In this document: piece after piece, positions 1-9,067 of the stretch
Position numbering within the stretch: position 1 is the stretch's first letter
Layout of the letters: each line of letters opens with the position of its first letter
NCBI GenBank assembly: GCA_043812495.1
Contig: JBDRMG010000047.1
Location: forward strand, 43,771 to 107,770
Length of the DNA stretch: 64,000 bases
Source of the DNA: Candidatus Omnitrophota bacterium
GTDB lineage: Bacteria; Omnitrophota; Gorgyraeia; Zapsychrales; JBDRMG01
Direction: 5' to 3'
Notes under the pieces: generated by a model
What the model was told of the DNA's origin: nothing
Databases searched by the model: none
Seen by the model: the letters and a program-made list of their open reading frames with translations, nothing else
Translations under genes and position numbers: made by a program

Positions 1-116
1 ATTTTCTACAGAAAGAAGAGCTCATGGCAGAGTTTATTCGCTCTTCTAAGCTTGAGGCACAAGAGCGCGATAGGTTTACGGCCATTATCCAAGAGCGTTA
101 TCGGCGATTGAATTTT

Positions 117-960
117 TTATAAAAAAATATGGATTCCTGCAAGAGCATGAAAGAAATCGCCGAGTCGATTATTTTGATAGATGAACTGCAGAAAAAATAA
201 ATGTCCGCCATGCCTTGCCTTGCAAGGCATGGCGAGACCTCGCCATCCGGCACAACACGGATGGCGGGGATGAACTGCAGAAGAAGTAAATGACGTCACG
301 ACTTATGGAGCCCATTGGGCGACATAAGTCGTAGACGGAATTTACCCCGCACCTTTTTCTTATTCAAGATTGTTTAGCTCGTACGAATTAAAATGATTGA
401 ATGAATAAAAGGTGCGGGGTTTAATTCGCAGACGGCCTTCGGCCTATAATTTATGTCATCCGCCACAAAAAACAATGGCGGAATCCATAAATTATCTGCT
501 CATTAAAAAAAGCGCTTGACAAAATTGTTAATTGGTTCTATATTTAAAGTGAAGTTAAGGACAGCGAAGTCCTCTTAGACCGATGAAGGTTTAAGAGGAT
601 TTTTTAATGAGCGCATGAGCTGCGGAATAAAATGACGCAACTCAAAGCGCGAATTAACCCTTGACATCAAAGATGTCAAGGGTAAGTTCGCACGTATCAT
701 TTGCAGAACACAAAGTGTGATGTAAATGATGTCCGCACTTAGGACACAGACGTCCGACGAGATCAGCGATGATCAAGTCGGACTTTTTAATGACGGCGCA
801 ATTTATGAAACGCCTGCCTTGCCGGCAGGCAGGAAGTGAACATAAATTGCTGCCGGAATTTACCCCGCACCTTTAAATCATTCAAAGATGAATAAAAAAG
901 GTGCGGGGTAAATTCGGACAAATCATTTACATCGTACTTCGTGCTCTGTAAATGATGTCC
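117..960. repeat. Mosaic array of heterogeneous short hairpins joined by A/T-rich TAAAT(G/T)-like linkers. Includes CCCCGCACC...GGTGCGGGG hairpins at 342-420 and 851-912, and GCCCGCCA-type REPs.
   Basis: Many consecutive inverted repeats are visible in the sequence. The linker motif recurs as aatttacc, taaatgat, ttaattcg. The six-frame ORFs here are short and lie inside the repeats. Confidence 0.7.
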
Positions 961-1262
961 TCATTTAGAGCGATGAGGCTCTCTTTATTGACTTTCTCTT
1001 TATTAAAGGAACGGTGGAAGTCAATATTAGGTCTTCTTTCTCGTATAGAGAGAATATTATTGACTGTTCCATTAATAAGGAAAAGACCAATAAAGCCAGC
1101 GATGGTTTTCAGGAGGGCCTTTTTTAATGACCCCGCCGCATTATTGCATTCTGCAAGAATGCAAAAGGCGGGGGAATTAACCTCGAGCCCGAAGGCGAGC
1201 CCGAAGGGCGAGGGGGATTGGTTCTCAAAACAGCCCAAAAAACGATAAAAAAAGGATAGAAA

Positions 1263-2063
1263 ATGAGGCATTTTATTTTGAATTCCATGATGGCAAGTCT
1301 GATTGCTTTCTTAAATTTAAATGGTGCTTACGCCGAAGAATCAAAAACCATCCTTGGTGATTTTCTGAAAGATAAGGGAATCGAGCTTGAGGTTTCGGGA
1401 ACAATGGATCTGTATTCCAAATATATCTGGCGCGGCATGCGCTTGGATGATGATTATGTCATTCAGCCGGGCCTTGCCATCAGCGGATACGGTTTCGAAG
1501 TCAGCGTTTGGTCCAGTTTTGATCTCGACCAGGATGATGCCCTCAATTCCGATGAAGTGGATACAAGCATTACCTATACGCATGATTTTAAAGATCTTGC
1601 TCTTTTCGGGCATAATTTGGACACCATAAGCGTAACCGTCGGACATATTTATTATGATTTTCCCGGCGCCGGTACTTTCAGCAAGGAAACGGTTTTGGGG
1701 CTTGCGTATGATACGCTTCTTTCGCCTTCTGTGACGTGGTATCACGATTACAGCCAGGAAGCCCAAGGCGGCGGTAAAGGGGATTATGTGGTTCTGGATT
1801 TAAGCCACAGCTTTGATGTCATAAAAGAATACGGCATCACGTTTGATTTGGCCACGCACGCGGGATACAACCGTAAGCTTTTTATCAACGGAGAAGGCGG
1901 GGATTGGGGGATTTCCGCCGGATTGACATTGCCCTTGACAAAAAACCTAACACTATCCCCTAACGTCAATTACAGCGTGCCTTTAGGTGATGTCGAAGAT
2001 GAGAATGACGGAAATTACGAGGATGAATTTTATTGGAGTGTTGCAACCGCTTATACCTTTTAA
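1263..2063 (+). CDS. Putative outer-membrane beta-barrel protein (porin-like), encoded immediately upstream of amtB
   Basis: N-terminal signal peptide ending in YAEE. Alternating hydrophobic pattern. C-terminal aromatic residue (…TAYTF), the usual OMP beta-signal. Its stop is 20 bp before the amtB start. Confidence 0.5.
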   Translation: MRHFILNSMMASLIAFLNLNGAYAEESKTILGDFLKDKGIELEVSGTMDLYSKYIWRGMRLDDDYVIQPGLAISGYGFEVSVWSSFDLDQDDALNSDEVDTSITYTHDFKDLALFGHNLDTISVTVGHIYYDFPGAGTFSKETVLGLAYDTLLSPSVTWYHDYSQEAQGGGKGDYVVLDLSHSFDVIKEYGITFDLATHAGYNRKLFINGEGGDWGISAGLTLPLTKNLTLSPNVNYSVPLGDVEDENDGNYEDEFYWSVATAYTF

Positions 2064-2082
2064 TGAGAGAAGGGAGAAAGAA

Positions 2083-3426
2083 ATGTTACGAACATTATTC
2101 AATCGATCAATAAAAATAACGACACTGTTATTTGCTGCACTTTCTTGCTTGCCTATGACAGCGTATGCTGAAGAGATCGCCTTAGCCAGCCAGGTGGGCG
2201 TGGATACGCTTTGGGTTCTCATGGCTGCTTTTTTGGTGTTTTTTATGCAGGCCGGTTTTGGTATGGTGGAGGCGGGTTTTATCCGCGCCAAAAACACATG
2301 CAATATTTTGACCAAAAACTTTCTGGATTTTTGCATGGCTTCACTCGGGTTTTTTGTCTTTGGATATGCCATTATGTTCGGACCGGGTAACGGGTTTATG
2401 GGATTCAAAGGATGGTTTCTTCACGGGGCCGAATCAGGGGCCAGCGTTCCATTATATGCTTTCTGGCTGTTCCAGGCTGTTTTTTGCGGGACGGCCGCAA
2501 CCATCGTCGCCGGCGGTATGGCTGAGCGGATGAAGTTTCAGGCCTACTTGATTTATTCTTTTCTCATTTCGGCTTTTATTTACCCAATCGTGGGTCATTG
2601 GGTATGGGGCGGAGGATGGCTCTCTAAACTGGGTTTCGCGGATTTTGCCGGCTCAACGGTCGTGCATGCTGTCGGCGGTTTTGCGGCTTTAATCGGAACA
2701 GTGATCTTAAAACCGCGAACGGGAAAATTTAATGCCGATGGATCACCGAATGTCATTGCCGGCCATAATATCCCGCTTGCTTCTTTAGGTGTTTTTATTT
2801 TGTGGTTCGGATGGTTTGGTTTTAATCCCGGATCGACTCTAGGGGTGGGAGACGGAAGCCTGATTGCCCGAGTAGCGATCAATACGAATCTGGCCGCCGC
2901 TTCCGGAGGTATTTTTGCCATGATCACGGTCTGGAAAATGTTTGGCAAACCAGACCTTTCCATGGCCATGAACGGGGCTTTAGCTGGTTTGGTAGCGATC
3001 ACAGCGCCATGCGCCTTTGTTGATCCTTCGGCTGCTATATTCATCGGTGCTGTGGCAGGCGTTATCGTTGTCCTGGGCGTTGTTTTCTTGGATAAGCTTC
3101 ACATTGACGATCCCGTGGGTGCTGTGCCTGTGCATGGATTTAACGGTGTTTGGGGGACGCTCTCCGTTGGTTTATTCGGAAAAGAGAGCTTGGGTCTTGC
3201 CTCAAACGGTCTTTTTTTTGGCGGAGGCCTGAAGCAATTGGGTATCCAGGCTCTGGGCGTTGGCTGCGCAGCCCTTTTTATCGTTATCTGTATGGGGGCT
3301 GTCTTTAAGATCCTTGATGCCACCATAGGTTTGCGCGTGTCCAAAGAAGAGGAATATAAAGGCTTAGATATCGGAGAACGCGGCATGGAATCATATTCCG
3401 GATTCCAGGTGTTTACGACTCAATAA
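2083..3426 (+). CDS. amtB: Ammonium transporter (Amt family)
   Basis: The translation has the typical Amt motifs (GFGMVEAGF, multi-TM, signal peptide after MLRTLF). The likely true start is the ATG at 2083 with RBS agggagaaag, not the ORF-track start at 1987. Confidence 0.9.
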   Translation: MLRTLFNRSIKITTLLFAALSCLPMTAYAEEIALASQVGVDTLWVLMAAFLVFFMQAGFGMVEAGFIRAKNTCNILTKNFLDFCMASLGFFVFGYAIMFGPGNGFMGFKGWFLHGAESGASVPLYAFWLFQAVFCGTAATIVAGGMAERMKFQAYLIYSFLISAFIYPIVGHWVWGGGWLSKLGFADFAGSTVVHAVGGFAALIGTVILKPRTGKFNADGSPNVIAGHNIPLASLGVFILWFGWFGFNPGSTLGVGDGSLIARVAINTNLAAASGGIFAMITVWKMFGKPDLSMAMNGALAGLVAITAPCAFVDPSAAIFIGAVAGVIVVLGVVFLDKLHIDDPVGAVPVHGFNGVWGTLSVGLFGKESLGLASNGLFFGGGLKQLGIQALGVGCAALFIVICMGAVFKILDATIGLRVSKEEEYKGLDIGERGMESYSGFQVFTTQ

Positions 3427-3544
3427 GTGAAGCCCCCCTCTGCCCCGCATTTTGCGGGGCAAGAAGCGGGGTGGCTGAATCTAACTCGTGCGGTAACTTA
3501 CGTCACTTTGTTCCGTAAGTTACGCGCTCGTAAGATGGAGGTGC

Positions 3545-3889
3545 ATGATGAAATTAATTATTGCCATGATCCAACCGCATAAACTGCCCGACGTCAAGGA
3601 AGCCCTCTATAAAGCGGAAGTTTTTAAAATGACCGTCACCAATGTGCTCGGGTGCGGGCAACAGAAAGGTTATAGCGAGACATACCGCGGCGTCGCGCAG
3701 GAAATCAACTTGTTGAAAAAAGTCAGACTTGAAATCGCCGTCAACGAGAACTTCGTCAAACCGACCATTGACGCCATCATCAAAGGCGCCAAGACGGGGA
3801 AAATCGGAGACGGAAAAATATTCGTTCTGGATTTGCCCCGCTGCATCCGCATCCGGACAGGGGAAGAGGGATCGGAAGCGATTGGGTGA
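3545..3889 (+). CDS. glnK: Nitrogen regulatory protein P-II (GlnK-type, amtB-linked)
   Basis: 112 aa GlnB/GlnK-family sequence (…[12 protein letters not shown]… T-loop) immediately downstream of amtB. The start may be the second ATG at 3548. Confidence 0.9.
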   Translation: MMKLIIAMIQPHKLPDVKEALYKAEVFKMTVTNVLGCGQQKGYSETYRGVAQEINLLKKVRLEIAVNENFVKPTIDAIIKGAKTGKIGDGKIFVLDLPRCIRIRTGEEGSEAIG

Positions 3890-4170
3890 GTCAACAAGCG
3901 GGATCCTCGCAGGCTTAAAGTTGTTTGAGTTTTAATTGAAAATGTGTTAAAACAATAATGCTTTGAACCAGGAGGTCTTAGGATGCCCAAACTTACGGAT
4001 GGAGCGCTAGCGAAAGAACGTAAGTTTGAGGCCGAACTTAGACCCCGCACCTTTTTTCTCATTCAGATAGTTTTGAATCGCGCGACTCAAAAATATTGAA
4101 TAAGAAAAAGGTGCGGGGTTCAATTCGCCCGCCACTGAATCAATGGCGGGCTCATTGAAGGAGGAGCAAA

Positions 4171-6276
4171 ATGAAAGTTGAGAAAAGCGAAAATAGAAAC
4201 GAATCTATTCCTGATTTTTACGGGGAAAATGTCTTTAGCTTAAAAGTCATGCGCAACTATCTTTCCGAAACAGCGTACAAATCTCTAAGCACAACCATTA
4301 AAACCGGCGGAACCCTTGATCCCGACATTGCCGATGAGGTGGCAGATGCGATGAAAACATGGGCTTTATCCAAGGGGGCTACGCATTTTACGCATTGGTT
4401 TCAGCCGCTCACGGGAACGACGGCAGAGAAACACGATTCCTTTATTTCGCCGGATGAAGAAGGCGGCGTGATCCTGAAGTTTTCCGGCAAAGAACTGATT
4501 CAGGGCGAACCTGATGCCTCTAGTTTCCCGTCGGGCGGCCTAAGGCCGACCTTTGAAGCCCGCGGATATACCGGTTGGGATCCGACAAGCCCGGCATTTA
4601 TCAAGGAAGGCCCGAAAAGAGCCACGCTTTGTATTCCGACGTATTTTATCGGATGGAACGGCGAAGCCCTGGATAAAAAGACACCGTTATTGCGTTCCAT
4701 GAAGGCTCTTTCCAAACAGGTGTGCCGTCTGGGTGAACTCTTTGGCGTCAAATCCAAAGGCAAAATAGCCTACGCGACACTGGGCGGCGAGCAGGAATAT
4801 TTCCTGATCGACAGAAAATATTACAATCAGCGCATTGACCTGATTCAGACAGGCAGGACATTGTATGGCAAAGAACCGGCCAAGCATCAGCAGATGGCTG
4901 ATCATTATTTTGGAGCGATCAAAAGCAGAATCATGGGCTTTATGGAAGACTTAGACTATGAAATGTGGAAGTTGGGTGTGCCCACAAAAACACGCCATAA
5001 TGAGGTGGCTCCGGCCCAGTTTGAAGTGGCTCCTATTTTTGAGAGCTTGAACCTCGCTGTTGACCACAACATGATCTGCATGGAAACAATGAAAAAGGTC
5101 GCCGAAAAGCACGGCCTAGTCTGCCTTTTGCACGAAAAACCGTTTGCCGGCATTAACGGCTCGGGTAAGCACAACAACTGGTCCATCGTCGGTCCGGACG
5201 GAAAAAATTGGCTATCACCCGGCGATAATCCGCACGAAGACGCCAAATTTCTTGTGGTGCTTTGCGCGATTATTAAAGCGGTTGACACGTATGCCGAATT
5301 GCTGCGCGTTTCGATTGCCTCAGCCGGAAATGACCACCGCTTAGGTTCCCACGAAGCGCCGCCGGCGATTATTTCCATTTTCTTAGGCGATCAGTTGACG
5401 GATATTATCGAGCAGATTGAAAAAGGCGAAGCCAAAAGCTCTAAACAAGGCGGTGTGCTTGAAATCGGCGTGGATTCGCTGCCGAAACTGCCGCGTGATG
5501 CCACGGACCGCAACAGAACATCTCCTTTTGCCTTTACGGGATCAAAGTTCGAATTCCGCGCCGTTGGCTCCGACATGAGCTTGGCTGGCCCCAATATCAT
5601 TCTCAATATGATTGTGGCCGAATCCTTGGATGGAATTTGCACAGAACTCGAAGCCGCTGTTAAGGCCAAAAAGGATTTTAATGCGTCCGTTTCGAAAATC
5701 CTTAAAGGCATCATTGCAAAACACAAGAGAGTTATTTTTAATGGGGACAACTACACGGAAGAATGGCTCAAAGAGGCGAAGAAAAGAGGCCTTCCTAACC
5801 TCAAAAATACTCTCGAGGCCTTGGAGGTGCTCAAGAAACCCGAGTACATTCGAGTTTTTGAAAAACACTGCGTTCTCTCTAAAAAAGAACTCATGTCTCG
5901 TTATGGAGTCTACAAAGAGGCTTTTGAGATTACGATTGATTATGAAGCCAAGCTGGCCGCGGATATGGCCAAGACCCTGATCATTCCTGTCGTCGTCAGT
6001 TATCAGAATGAACTGGCCAATACCATCAGATCCGTTGAGGGCATCAATAAGACAAGCTTAAAAGAATCTCGCAAGCTTTTGAAGAGCATCTCCAAAGAAG
6101 CAGAGACAGCCTTAAGCTACATCGAGGACCTTGAAGGAGCGATCAAGAAGAAAGAGCCTCTGAAGACCAAAGAAGCGATGAAAGAACTGCGCGAGACCAT
6201 CGACGCGCTCGAAGGCCTGATTCCGGCCGACAAATGGCCATTGCCGTCATATGCCGAAATGCTCTTTATGCTTTAG
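4171..6276 (+). CDS. glnN: Glutamine synthetase type III
   Basis: About 700 aa with a GSIII-like N-terminus (FYGENVF…HFTHWFQPLTG) and a catalytic core. The size and motifs fit GSIII rather than GSI. Confidence 0.85.
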   Translation: MKVEKSENRNESIPDFYGENVFSLKVMRNYLSETAYKSLSTTIKTGGTLDPDIADEVADAMKTWALSKGATHFTHWFQPLTGTTAEKHDSFISPDEEGGVILKFSGKELIQGEPDASSFPSGGLRPTFEARGYTGWDPTSPAFIKEGPKRATLCIPTYFIGWNGEALDKKTPLLRSMKALSKQVCRLGELFGVKSKGKIAYATLGGEQEYFLIDRKYYNQRIDLIQTGRTLYGKEPAKHQQMADHYFGAIKSRIMGFMEDLDYEMWKLGVPTKTRHNEVAPAQFEVAPIFESLNLAVDHNMICMETMKKVAEKHGLVCLLHEKPFAGINGSGKHNNWSIVGPDGKNWLSPGDNPHEDAKFLVVLCAIIKAVDTYAELLRVSIASAGNDHRLGSHEAPPAIISIFLGDQLTDIIEQIEKGEAKSSKQGGVLEIGVDSLPKLPRDATDRNRTSPFAFTGSKFEFRAVGSDMSLAGPNIILNMIVAESLDGICTELEAAVKAKKDFNASVSKILKGIIAKHKRVIFNGDNYTEEWLKEAKKRGLPNLKNTLEALEVLKKPEYIRVFEKHCVLSKKELMSRYGVYKEAFEITIDYEAKLAADMAKTLIIPVVVSYQNELANTIRSVEGINKTSLKESRKLLKSISKEAETALSYIEDLEGAIKKKEPLKTKEAMKELRETIDALEGLIPADKWPLPSYAEMLFML

Positions 6277-6389
6277 AGACAATGATTCTTTTCCTAAAAC
6301 ACATTACAGCATCAAGGCTTACGCATAAATTTTTTTGTTTTTGAATGCACAATAATTAGGCAAAAACCTTATTCATAAAGGAGCTTTCC

Positions 6390-8081
6390 ATGCTCAGAAT
6401 CGGCTTAGCGCAAATCAATGTCACCGTCGGCGATCTTGAGGGTAATCGCAACAAGATTATCGAATATATCAAGCGGGCCAAGCAATTCAATATCAACATC
6501 GTTGTGTTTCCTGAATTGGCCTTAACGGGTTATCCGCCGGAAGATCTTCTCCTGAAGGACCATTTTATCAAAGATAATTTCAAAGCGCTGAACCGCATCA
6601 TCCAGGAGACAGAAAACACGTTGGCCATTATTGGGTTTGTTGACAGAGACAAAGCCGGGCGCCTGTACAATGCCGCAGCCGTCATTTATCACAAAAAACT
6701 CAAAGGCGTATACCGCAAGATGGAACTTCCTAATTATGGCGTTTTTGACGAAAAAAGATATTTTACGCCCGGCACAGAAAATAAAGTTTTTGCTTTTGGA
6801 GATCATAAACTGGGCATAAGCATTTGCGAAGATATTTGGCACCCCCAGGGCCCTTGCCGACAACAGGTCAAGGCCGGAGCTAATTTATTAATCAATTTGT
6901 CCTCGTCTCCGTATCAAGCGGGAAAAGCAAAAATGCGAGGAAAATTTTTATCTCAGCAAGCCAAAAAGAACAAAGCTTCTGTGGCCTATGTGAATCTCAT
7001 CGGAGGGCAAGACGAGCTGGTCTTTGACGGCGCGAGCCTGATCATTGATCCTAAAGGAAAAATCGTCGCATCCGGAAAATCTTTCGAAGAAGATCTCGTG
7101 ACCGCCGATCTCGCGCTCCCGGTTAAATCAAGGGCTTCAGAAAAAGATCAGCTCAAAATGATATTGATCGAGAAAGATCTGAAGATAAAAGGAAAATTAT
7201 TGATCAAAGGCAAGAGAGCCAAACCGCTAAGCCCAACCGAAGAAATCTACAAGGCCCTTGTCCTGGGTACGCGCGATTATGTCCTCAAAAATGGATTTAA
7301 AAAAGTCGTCTTAGGCTTAAGCGGCGGAATTGATTCTTCGCTCGTGGCAACAATTGCCTGCGATGCCTTGGGTGCGCAAAACGTGATCGGCGTAACCATG
7401 CCATCGCGCTTTACGTCGAGTGAAACGCGCTATGACGCCCTGCGCCTGGCGGATAATCTCAGGATACAAGATCGTGAAGTCCCGATCGACTCCATTTACG
7501 AAGCGTATTTGAAAACGCTCAAAGAGGAATTTCTCGGGCTTGACCCCGATACAACCGAAGAGAACATCCAGGCGCGTATCCGTGGCAATATCCTCATGGC
7601 TTTTTCCAACAAATTCGGCTGGCTTGTGTTGACCACAGGCAACAAAAGCGAAGTGGCCGTCGGTTACTGTACGCTTTACGGCGATATGGCCGGCGGATTT
7701 GCCGTCATTAAAGATATTCCCAAAACGCTTGTTTATCGCCTCGCTCGCTACCGCAATAGTCTTGAAAAGAAAGAATTGATTGCGCCCAGTATCCTCAAGC
7801 GTCCTCCTACGGCGGAATTGCGTAAGAATCAAAAAGATCAGGATTCTCTGCCGCCCTATGATGTCTTAGATAAAATCTTAGAGGCTTATGTCGAAAAAGA
7901 CAAAAGCCTGTCCAAGATCAAAGGGGCGAAAACGAACGAAAAACTTATTTGCAAAGTTACGCGTATGGTTGACCGGATGGAATATAAGCGGCGTCAGTCA
8001 CCGCCGGGTGTGAAAATTACGCCCAGGGCATTCGGCAAAGACAGGCGGCTTCCGATCACCAACAGATATAAGGAATATTGA
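6390..8081 (+). CDS. nadE: Glutamine-dependent NAD+ synthetase (CN-hydrolase glutaminase domain plus NAD synthetase domain)
   Basis: N-terminal nitrilase-like domain (VVFPELALTGYPPEDLL) and C-terminal NAD synthase PP-loop (GLSGGIDSS). Confidence 0.9.
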   Translation: MLRIGLAQINVTVGDLEGNRNKIIEYIKRAKQFNINIVVFPELALTGYPPEDLLLKDHFIKDNFKALNRIIQETENTLAIIGFVDRDKAGRLYNAAAVIYHKKLKGVYRKMELPNYGVFDEKRYFTPGTENKVFAFGDHKLGISICEDIWHPQGPCRQQVKAGANLLINLSSSPYQAGKAKMRGKFLSQQAKKNKASVAYVNLIGGQDELVFDGASLIIDPKGKIVASGKSFEEDLVTADLALPVKSRASEKDQLKMILIEKDLKIKGKLLIKGKRAKPLSPTEEIYKALVLGTRDYVLKNGFKKVVLGLSGGIDSSLVATIACDALGAQNVIGVTMPSRFTSSETRYDALRLADNLRIQDREVPIDSIYEAYLKTLKEEFLGLDPDTTEENIQARIRGNILMAFSNKFGWLVLTTGNKSEVAVGYCTLYGDMAGGFAVIKDIPKTLVYRLARYRNSLEKKELIAPSILKRPPTAELRKNQKDQDSLPPYDVLDKILEAYVEKDKSLSKIKGAKTNEKLICKVTRMVDRMEYKRRQSPPGVKITPRAFGKDRRLPITNRYKEY

Positions 8082-8095
8082 TAAAAGGCAACTTA

Positions 8096-8832
8096 CCAAT
8101 TACAAACCCGCATTGTAATTATGGTTATTGAAAGAATAGATTATGCCTTATAGAAAAATACCGTTGGTTAAGCAAAACATATATCACATATGCACCAAAA
8201 GTATTGCCGGTTATATAATCTTTAACTCAGATAAGGAGTATGTAAGAATGTTATCGACCTTAAGCTATTATCAATATGAGGAGATTGACTGTAGATTTTC
8301 TCATTTTCTTTTATCCGAAGAAAGGTCGAAAAAAAGTTTAACTTCTATCCAACCTGCGAAAAAGACTATCAAGATCATAGCCTACTGCCTTATGCCGACG
8401 CATATTCATTTAATTCTCGAGCAGTTAATAGATCAGGGTATTTCGCGATATATGAATTTAGTGCTTAAAAGTTATAGTAAATATTTCAACGCAAAACATA
8501 AACGAAAAGGACCTCTATGGGAAGGAAGGTTCAAGAGTATCCTTATAAAAAGTGATGAGCAATTATTACATTTAACAAGATATATCCACCTTAATCCTGT
8601 GAGTGCGGCTTTAGTCAATTTACCTCAAGATTGGAAATTTTCTTCTTATGGCGAATATATAAATTTAGTTAAAGAAAATACAAAAATTTGCGCTTTCAAT
8701 GATTACTTAGAAATAAGCACTATGCAGTACGAAAAATTTGTCAAGGACCAAATCGGTTATCAAAGAGAGCTGCAACAGATAAAACACTTAGCATTGGAAG
8801 GTTAACCAATTACAAACCCGCATTGTAATTGG
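8096..8832 (+). mobile_element. IS200-like RAYT insertion: HUH tyrosine transposase gene flanked by two same-orientation copies of the hairpin CCAATTACAAACCCGCATTGTAATTGG
   Basis: The hairpin occurs at 8096-8124 and 8806-8832, with near-perfect 9-11 bp stems, bracketing the transposase ORF. The gene is AT-rich relative to its flanks. Confidence 0.75.
8143..8805 (+). CDS. REP-associated tyrosine transposase (IS200/Y1 HUH family)
   Basis: HUH motif (CLMPTHIHLIL). About 220 aa. The hairpins lie immediately outside the ORF. Confidence 0.8.
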   Translation: MPYRKIPLVKQNIYHICTKSIAGYIIFNSDKEYVRMLSTLSYYQYEEIDCRFSHFLLSEERSKKSLTSIQPAKKTIKIIAYCLMPTHIHLILEQLIDQGISRYMNLVLKSYSKYFNAKHKRKGPLWEGRFKSILIKSDEQLLHLTRYIHLNPVSAALVNLPQDWKFSSYGEYINLVKENTKICAFNDYLEISTMQYEKFVKDQIGYQRELQQIKHLALEG

Positions 8833-8848
8833 TTTAAGGAATCGCGCG

Positions 8849-9067
8849 ATGATGGTGAGCGAAATCAAAGAATATTTTCTGACGCGAGAAAAAGGCAAGG
8901 TTTTTCGGTCGGCCATCAATGACACCGAGAGAATTCTTATTGAAGAGGCCCTCAAGCGCTCTCGGGGTAATCAAGTGGACGCGGCCAGAATTTTAGGCGT
9001 CAACCGAAACACGATCAGGACAAAAATTAGAAAATTACAAATAGGCACAACTTCTTATAAGCTATGA
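8849..9067 (+). CDS. Small Fis-type helix-turn-helix DNA-binding protein, translationally coupled to gltB
   Basis: Its C-terminus resembles the Fis/NtrC-type HTH ([22 protein letters not shown]). The stop overlaps the gltB start at 9064. Confidence 0.6.
   Translation: MMVSEIKEYFLTREKGKVFRSAINDTERILIEEALKRSRGNQVDAARILGVNRNTIRTKIRKLQIGTTSYKL

Noticed and set aside
117-960. Possible CRISPR array, given the regularly spaced palindromes
   Set aside because: There is no constant direct repeat. Every unit is a different inverted repeat. The only shared sequence is a short degenerate A/T linker. No cas genes are present in the window.
927-1271. ORF-track ORFs 927..1271 (-) and 952..1248 (+), also 117..299 (-)
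   Set aside because: They lie entirely within the hairpin-repeat arrays, have no RBS and are low-complexity. They look like artefacts of the palindromic sequence.
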